Assembly (NCBI GenBank): GCA_016218805.1
Contig: JACRCW010000085.1
Coordinates: forward strand, 112,047-132,046
Length of the DNA: 20,000 nt
DNA from: Deltaproteobacteria bacterium
Lineage (GTDB): Bacteria; Myxococcota; JACRCW01
Direction: 5' to 3'
A program made the position numbers and the translations under genes. The notes beneath the pieces are model-generated. The model searched no databases. It was not told the origin of the DNA and saw nothing but the letters and a program-made list of their open reading frames with translations. Below, one piece after another: positions 14,063 through 20,000 of the stretch (positions are counted from its first letter, which is position 1; the number at the start of each line of letters is the position of its first letter).

Positions 14063-17000
14063 GTGAACAGACGCTCTGTGTTGAACGTGTTGGGCGCGCT
14101 CGCCGTGCTCGCCGGCTGTACGCGCGTTGAGGGTGAGACCGCTGTCACCGTCCCACAACCCGTGCAGCACGAAGCGCTGACCACCGACCCAACGCTGGGG
14201 CGCTTTGTCCTGCTGGCGGAGGATCGCGTGGAAACCGGTCCACGGTCAGTGGTGCGCGGAGGGGACGTCGGGTCGCGCGGCGGTGCGGACGGATGGAGCG
14301 TGGTGATTGGGAACCGCGGGCGCGTGGAAGGCGGAAACATCCTGGCGGCCAGCGTGAAGCTGCGGCACGGCGCGGTGGTGGAAGATGTCCAGACGGAACG
14401 CTTCAGCGGCGGCGATGCGACGCACGGGCTGGTGATGCCGCTGGTGGTCACCGTCCCGGAGCTGCCCGCGGCATCGGCAGTGACGCCGGGCCACGCGGAT
14501 GTGCGGGTGCGGCCGCGCACGAGCCGGACGTTGGAGGCGGGGCGGTTTGACAGCGTGGAGGTGTCCAGCCGGGGGACGCTGCGCCTGACCGGCGGGGTGT
14601 ATGAGCTGCGCACTTTGGAGGTTGGCGCGAACGCCCGCATTGAAGCCAGCGCGCCTTCCGAGCTGCGGGTCCTGGGCCGCGTGCGGATGGGCCGCGGTGC
14701 CACGGTGGGAGCCAACTCCGGCGTTGCGCGGGATCTGCGGATTGAATCCGGTGCGGGAACGGCGGAGCGGGACCGCGGCGACGACAATGAAGAGCGAGAG
14801 GAGGACGACGATCACGCCTGCGGGTCTCCGGTGGAGATCCAGGCGGAGGCGCGGGTGACGGCGCTGCTGTTGGCGCCCAGGGCGCGCGTGCACGTCGGCA
14901 GTGAAGTGGTGCTGGTGGGGGCAATCGCGGGCAGGTCCATTCATCTGGGACCGCGGGCAGAGGCGAGCTTCCAGGGCGGGTTGGGCGGCGGTTGCTCGGC
15001 GCAGTCCTGTGATGACGGAAACGCGTGCAACGGCGTGGAGACCTGCGAAGCAAGCGGCGTCTGCACGGCCGGCGTGCCGCCGGTGGTGGACGACGGAAAC
15101 CGGTGCACGGTGGACGCGTGCGATCCCGCGACGGGGGTGACGCACGTGGCGTCCGCCGCGGGGACTGCGTGCGGTGATGGCAACGCGTGTAACGGTGATG
15201 AGACCTGCGACGGGGTGGGCGCCTGCGCGGGTGGGACGGCGCCGCCGGTGAACGATGGAAACCCGTGCACGGTGGATGGGTGCGATCCCGCGACGGGGGT
15301 GACGCACGTGGCGTCCGCCGCCGGGACGGCGTGCGGTGATGGCAACGCGTGCAACGGTGATGAGACGTGTGACGGGGCGGGCGCATGCGCGGCTGGGACA
15401 GCGCCGGTGGTGGACGACGGAAACCCGTGCACGGTGGACGGGTGCGATCCCGCGATGGGGGTGACGCACATGGCGTCCGCCGCTGGGACGGCGTGCGCGG
15501 ATGGCAACGCGTGCAATGGTGATGAGGCGTGTGACGGGGCGGGAACGTGCACGGCGGGGACGGCGCCGCCGGTGGACGACGGAAACCGGTGCACGGTGGA
15601 TGGGTGCGATCCTGCGTCGGGGGTGACGCACGTGGCGTCCGCCGCCGGGACGGCGTGCGGTGATGGCAACGCGTGTAACGGTGATGAAGCGTGCGACGGG
15701 GCGGGCGCCTGCGCGGGTGGAACGGCGCCGCCGGTGGACGACGGGAACCCGTGCACGGTGGATGGATGCGATCCCGCGACGGGGGTGACGCATGTGGCGT
15801 CCGCTGCGGGGACGGCGTGCGGTGATGGAAACACATGCAACGGTGATGAGACGTGTGACGGGGCGGGGACGTGTGCGGCGGGGATGCCCCCTGCCCTTGA
15901 CGATGGGAATCCGTGCACGGTGGATGCGTGTGAGCCGGGGACCGGAGTGACGCACGTGACGCTTCCGCCGACGGACGGGTGCTGGCTGAGCGTGGACAAT
16001 GACGGCGACGCGTTCACCGAGAACGGCGGAGACTGCAACGACGCCGATGCGGCGATTCACCCCGGTGCCACGGAGGCTTGCGGCAACGGCGTGGACGAGG
16101 ATTGCAGCGGCGCTGATCTCGCGTGCGGTGGGATCCCGACGTTGGTCGCGCCACCGCTTGATCCATCGGTGACCACCACCATGCTGGCGGCGACAGCGTT
16201 TCTGTACACGGGGCCGGGAGCGGTGCAGACGGGTGTGGCGCCGGGGACGATCACGGCGGAACGTGTGGCGGTGCTGCGGGGACTGGTGATGACCCGAGAT
16301 GGCGTGGCGCTGCCGGGAGTGCGGATCACGGTGCGCGACCACACGGAGTTCGGGAGCACGCTGTCACGGCTGGACGGGTGGTTTGACCTGGCGGTGAACG
16401 GGGGCGGGCTGTTGATGCTGCAGTACCGGATGGAGGGCTACGTGGAGGTGGAGCGCCGCCTGGAAGTCCCGTGGCGGGACTACCTGGTAGTTCCGGAGGT
16501 GGCGATGGTGGCGCTGGACCCGGTGGTCACGCAGATTGACTTCAGCACGCTGATGGAAGTTGCGGTGGCGCGCGGGTCAGTGTCCTCCGACGCGGACGGG
16601 GAGCGGCAGGCGACGCTGTTGTTTGCTCCGGGCAGTACCGCGGAGCTGGTGTTCACCGACGACACGACCGTTCCGATTTCGCAGGTGACGCTGCGGCAGA
16701 CGGAGGTGACGGTGGGCCCCAACGGTCAGCGCGCGATGCCGGCGGACCTGCCGACGAACTCGGCGTACACCTACGCGGTGGACCTGCGGGTGGAAGAAGC
16801 GGTGGCAGCCGGGGCAGCGCAACTTCGGGTATCCCCGCCGGTGTCATTCTACGTGGAGAACTTTCTGAACTTTCCGGTGGGCGGGCACGTGCCGGCAGCA
16901 TGGTACCGGCCGGAAGGGATGGCATGGATTGGCGCGGAGGATGCGCTGGTGATCAAGGTGCTGTCAGTGACGGATGGGGCAGCGGACCTGGACGTGACGG

Positions 17001-20000
17001 GCAGCGGCACGCCATCCGACGAGGCAACGCTGGGTGGTCTGGGCATCACGGCGGCAGAGCGGGTGAAGCTGGCGGAGTTGTACGTGCCCAACGCAACGGT
17101 GTGGCGGACGCGGCTGCAGCACTTTTCACTGTGGGATTTGAACGGGAGTAACCCGTGGGATGTGCCGCAGGATCCTGCGCCGGTTGTGCCGCCCCTGCCG
17201 TCACCGCGGGAGACGGAGCCCGCGCCGATGGATGACAACTGCGAGGAACCGGCGCACTCCACGGTGGACATCCAGAACCAGTTGGTGAAGGAGCGGTTGC
17301 CGCTGGTGGGCACGCCGCACACGCTGCACTACCGGAGTGACCGCGTGCCCGGGAGGCAGGACGGGCACGTGCTGAAGATCCCGCTGACCGGGCCGGAACC
17401 GCCGATGCGGTTGGTGGGAGTGAAGGTTGAAGTGAGCGTGGCGGGTAACCGGGAATACCTGGAATTCGAGACCCTGCAACCGAACATGATTCACACGTAT
17501 CACTGGTCTGGGCTGGACGCGTACGGGCGGAAGCCGCAGGGGAGCCAACCGGTGAGTGTGAACATCGGGTACGTGTACCGGATGACCTACCGGATTCCGA
17601 TGATCTGCTGCCCGTCGAGCGTTGGCTTGCTGTGCGGGCAGGGAGGTGCATGCTGCATATCCTGGGAGGACGCCTGCATGGCCTCTGGCTACCTGTTCTC
17701 GGTGGAGACCCGGGATGTGGATGAGACCGCATGGACAACGACGCGGGGAGAGCTTTCTGGTCCGCTGGGGGTTTGGGATGTGAAGGCGGTGGGCCTGGGT
17801 GGATGGAGCCTGGATTCGCACCACACGTACGACCCCGGTTCAAAGCGGTTGTTCCTGGGGACCGGGCGGACGCGGAGCGCGGAGGAGCTGCCGCGGGCGC
17901 TGCGGGTCATGAGTGATGATGGGCAGATAGGGGTTGGGGATGAGCCGGCGGCGCAATCGCTCGGGATCATGGCGGACGGGGCGGCATTGGTAGCACGGTC
18001 GCAGACGCACGAGGTGGTGCGGTTGTCGCAGGACGGGGAGGTGACGCGGATAGCGGGCACCGGCGAGTTTGGTGACGACGGCGACGGCGGGCCTGCGGTG
18101 GAGGCGAGACTGCGCTACCCGGTGGCGGCGGTGGTGGCGGTGGATGGCAGCATCCTGATAGCGGACGCCGGTGCGCGGAAGGTGCGGCGGGTGGGCGTAG
18201 ACGGGGTGATCTCCACGGTGTTCATGGACAGCGAGTTCCAGGGCGCCATGGCGGCGGTGCCGGACGGGAGCATTGTGTTTGGCGCAAGCGTGTGGCTGAA
18301 ACGGTGGCTGCCCGACGGGCGGGTGGTGACGGCGGCCGGAAACGGGACGTGGGGGACCTCCGGCGACAACGGCCCTGCGGGGCAGGCGGCACTTACGACG
18401 GTGGAACACGTGGCGGTAGGGCCGGACGGCACGGTGTACCTCACGAGCAGCCAGCCGGCGTATCTGCGGAAGGTCATCCCCGGCGGGACGATCAGTAGGG
18501 TGGCGGGGAATGGAACAGACGCGTTTGCCGGTGATGGGGTGCAGGGTCCCGACACGGGGCTGGGCCAGGTACACGCACTTACTGTGGGCCCCAACGGCAG
18601 CGTGTACGTGGCGGCGACGGTGTGGGGGGGGGCGGCACGGGTACTCATCCTGGAGGTGACACCGGACGGGCGGGTGCGGCGCGTGGCCGGGCGCGGTCCA
18701 TACGCGTGGCGGGTGCCAGCGGTTGGAGCCGCGCTGAACACGCCGCTGGGTTGGCAGAGCGGTCTGGCCGTGGCGCCGGACGGGATGCTGTGGATCCTGG
18801 AGAACGGGGGAAACCGGTTGCGGCGCGTGGAGCCGGCGCTGCCCAGCGTGGCTGTGGGTGACATTGTGATTCCGTCGGAGAACGGCGGCGAGGTGTACGT
18901 GTTTGATCTGACCGGCCGGCACCTGCGGACGCTGGATGGATCCACCAACGCAGTGGTGCGGACATTCACGTATGAGGGAGGCCAGTTGGCAGGGGTGACG
19001 GACGCGGACGGCGGCACGACGGAGATTGAACGGGATGGGGCGGGAAACGCGACGGGTATTGTGTCCGCGAAGGGCCAGCGGACGATGCTGCAGGTGGATG
19101 GCAACGGGGACCTTGTGGCGGTGACGGACCCCGCGGGGAACGCGGTGCAGATGTCGTACTATCCGGGCGGGCTGTTGGAGCAGTTCACCAATGCGCGGGG
19201 ATTCGCGTCCTATTACGGTTACGACGAGTTGGGGCGGTTGACGTCGGATTCAGACACGGTGGGCGGATACGTGGCGCTGGCGCGGACGGAAGGAGTGGGG
19301 CAGGCGGTGGTGACCAAGAGGCTGGCGGAGGGTGCCGCCGCCACGTACGGATTTGGACGTGGAGTGTCCGGCGGGAGCAGCCGGACGGTGACGAACACGT
19401 TTGCGGACGGGACGCAGGTCACCTCCACGCGGGATGACAGTGGCGTGGTGCGTGTGACGAGAGCGGATGGCACGCAGTTGGAGACGGCGTCCGGCCCGGA
19501 CCCGCGGTTTGGGATGTTGGCGCCCATCACGGTGAGCCGGACGCGACGCACGCCGGCGGGGAAGGTGCAGACGCAAACGGTGACGCGGACAGCGACACTG
19601 GCGAACCCGGATGATCCGTTGAGCCTGGTGGCGGAGCACGAAGAGCGGACGGTGAACGGCCGTGTGTCCACGCGGGATTACGATGCGGTGACGCGGACGA
19701 CGGTGACGCGGTCGCCGGAGGGACGGACGCAGCGGTGGGTGACGGATGAGAAGGGCAGAGTGACGGAGCACGAGGCGGGCGGATTGGTGCCTGCGCGGAT
19801 GAGCTACGACGCGGAAGGGCGGTTGATGGGCGTGGCCAGCGGACTACGGACGACGACGCTGGAGTACGACAGTCTGGGGAGACTGGCGGTGGTGACGGAT
19901 CCCGCCGGGCAGACGGTGGGCCTTGCGTACGACGATGCGAACCGGGTGACCGAGCAGACGCTGGCGGATGGCAACACGGTGCGGTTGCGGTACGACGCCA
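14063..20000 (+). CDS. Giant teneurin-like YD/RHS-repeat lipoprotein (partial; continues beyond the window)
   Basis: GGGGAGG RBS then GTG 14063. I translated the frame manually and found no stop to 20000 (>1979 codons). Signal peptide MNRRSVLNVLGALAVLAGC (lipobox LAGC, Cys at 14117). Teneurin-like blocks: 'AVLRGLVMTRDGVALPGVRITVRDHTEFGSTLSRLDGWFDLAVNGGG...EVPW', 'QNQLVKERLPLVGTPHTLHYRSDR...WSGLDAYGR', 'LGGWSLDSHHTYDP', NHL repeats ('IAGTGEFGDDGDGGPAVEARLRYP') and YD repeats (YDELGRL, YDAEGRL, YDSLGRL, YDDANRV). Confidence 0.93.
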   Translation, partial: MNRRSVLNVLGALAVLAGCTRVEGETAVTVPQPVQHEALTTDPTLGRFVLLAEDRVETGPRSVVRGGDVGSRGGADGWSVVIGNRGRVEGGNILAASVKLRHGAVVEDVQTERFSGGDATHGLVMPLVVTVPELPAASAVTPGHADVRVRPRTSRTLEAGRFDSVEVSSRGTLRLTGGVYELRTLEVGANARIEASAPSELRVLGRVRMGRGATVGANSGVARDLRIESGAGTAERDRGDDNEEREEDDDHACGSPVEIQAEARVTALLLAPRARVHVGSEVVLVGAIAGRSIHLGPRAEASFQGGLGGGCSAQSCDDGNACNGVETCEASGVCTAGVPPVVDDGNRCTVDACDPATGVTHVASAAGTACGDGNACNGDETCDGVGACAGGTAPPVNDGNPCTVDGCDPATGVTHVASAAGTACGDGNACNGDETCDGAGACAAGTAPVVDDGNPCTVDGCDPAMGVTHMASAAGTACADGNACNGDEACDGAGTCTAGTAPPVDDGNRCTVDGCDPASGVTHVASAAGTACGDGNACNGDEACDGAGACAGGTAPPVDDGNPCTVDGCDPATGVTHVASAAGTACGDGNTCNGDETCDGAGTCAAGMPPALDDGNPCTVDACEPGTGVTHVTLPPTDGCWLSVDNDGDAFTENGGDCNDADAAIHPGATEACGNGVDEDCSGADLACGGIPTLVAPPLDPSVTTTMLAATAFLYTGPGAVQTGVAPGTITAERVAVLRGLVMTRDGVALPGVRITVRDHTEFGSTLSRLDGWFDLAVNGGGLLMLQYRMEGYVEVERRLEVPWRDYLVVPEVAMVALDPVVTQIDFSTLMEVAVARGSVSSDADGERQATLLFAPGSTAELVFTDDTTVPISQVTLRQTEVTVGPNGQRAMPADLPTNSAYTYAVDLRVEEAVAAGAAQLRVSPPVSFYVENFLNFPVGGHVPAAWYRPEGMAWIGAEDALVIKVLSVTDGAADLDVTGSGTPSDEATLGGLGITAAERVKLAELYVPNATVWRTRLQHFSLWDLNGSNPWDVPQDPAPVVPPLPSPRETEPAPMDDNCEEPAHSTVDIQNQLVKERLPLVGTPHTLHYRSDRVPGRQDGHVLKIPLTGPEPPMRLVGVKVEVSVAGNREYLEFETLQPNMIHTYHWSGLDAYGRKPQGSQPVSVNIGYVYRMTYRIPMICCPSSVGLLCGQGGACCISWEDACMASGYLFSVETRDVDETAWTTTRGELSGPLGVWDVKAVGLGGWSLDSHHTYDPGSKRLFLGTGRTRSAEELPRALRVMSDDGQIGVGDEPAAQSLGIMADGAALVARSQTHEVVRLSQDGEVTRIAGTGEFGDDGDGGPAVEARLRYPVAAVVAVDGSILIADAGARKVRRVGVDGVISTVFMDSEFQGAMAAVPDGSIVFGASVWLKRWLPDGRVVTAAGNGTWGTSGDNGPAGQAALTTVEHVAVGPDGTVYLTSSQPAYLRKVIPGGTISRVAGNGTDAFAGDGVQGPDTGLGQVHALTVGPNGSVYVAATVWGGAARVLILEVTPDGRVRRVAGRGPYAWRVPAVGAALNTPLGWQSGLAVAPDGMLWILENGGNRLRRVEPALPSVAVGDIVIPSENGGEVYVFDLTGRHLRTLDGSTNAVVRTFTYEGGQLAGVTDADGGTTEIERDGAGNATGIVSAKGQRTMLQVDGNGDLVAVTDPAGNAVQMSYYPGGLLEQFTNARGFASYYGYDELGRLTSDSDTVGGYVALARTEGVGQAVVTKRLAEGAAATYGFGRGVSGGSSRTVTNTFADGTQVTSTRDDSGVVRVTRADGTQLETASGPDPRFGMLAPITVSRTRRTPAGKVQTQTVTRTATLANPDDPLSLVAEHEERTVNGRVSTRDYDAVTRTTVTRSPEGRTQRWVTDEKGRVTEHEAGGLVPARMSYDAEGRLMGVASGLRTTTLEYDSLGRLAVVTDPAGQTVGLAYDDANRVTEQTLADGNTVRLRYDA
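15008..15960 (+). repeat. Six intragenic 162-bp (54-aa) Cys-rich tandem repeats (Dictyostelium CTDC-like 'DDGNPCTVDxC')
   Basis: 'GTGACGCA' anchors at 15137, 15299, 15461, 15623, 15785 and 15947 (162-bp period). Unit approx. GTACGDGNACNGDETCDGAGACAGGTAPPVDDGNPCTVDGCDPATGVTHVASAA, with 6 Cys per unit. Confidence 0.95.
15995..16115 (+). other. MopE-related putative metal/Ca-binding motif within the giant protein
   Basis: DNDGDAFTENGGDCNDADAAIHPGATEACGNGVDEDCSG fits the DxDGDG...DCND....I.PGA.E.C..G.D.DC.G motif common in myxobacterial surface proteins. Confidence 0.8.

Noticed and set aside
14066..14074. Tat signal (NRR) at the start of the giant protein
   Set aside because: It lacks the S/T-R-R-x-F-L consensus; the LAGC lipobox makes a Sec/SPII lipoprotein the simpler reading, though Tat-lipoprotein export cannot be excluded.
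14774..14782. RGD integrin-binding motif in the giant protein
   Set aside because: A single tripeptide is expected by chance in ~2000 aa of an Arg/Gly/Asp-rich protein, and there is no evidence of a host association.
14246..19771. Many minus-strand ORFs (e.g. 14246..16342, 14448..15836, 14941..16038, 17840..18922, 18115..19104), including His/Cys-rich repeats
   Set aside because: They are antisense shadows of the giant plus-strand gene; their periodicity simply mirrors its 162-bp repeats.
1..20000. tRNA/rRNA genes, transposases, integrases, intrinsic terminators
   Set aside because: None recognised by eye. Coding density leaves little room, and no clear hairpin + U-tract is seen at the convergent gene ends (3987/3998, 7299/7303).

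Overview
Very GC-rich bacterial DNA whose gene content suggests a Myxococcota/deltaproteobacterial lineage (inference). Left (41-3987, +): a candidate RiPP/peptide-modification locus with a DUF692/MNIO iron enzyme, a translationally coupled partner, an N-terminal-Cys Ntn hydrolase, a GNAT-fold protein and a stand-alone C39/papain-like peptidase. No precursor peptide is visible. Middle (3998-12753): histidine phosphatase, secreted pentahaem cytochrome c, an unknown single-TM protein, a coupled carboxyltransferase plus M16 peptidase pair, and an alpha/beta hydrolase. Right (12770-20000): a non-coding 12 x 22-bp tandem array, an orphan helical protein, and a >1979-codon ORF absent from the supplied ORF track because it has no stop in the window. 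That ORF (14063->20000, +) encodes a lipoprotein-anchored teneurin-like protein: beta-solenoid, six 54-aa Cys-rich repeats, MopE-type motif, TTR-like domain, HFS-motif insertion, FN-plug, NHL propeller and YD/RHS shell. All family calls come from motif recognition by eye; no database searches were run.
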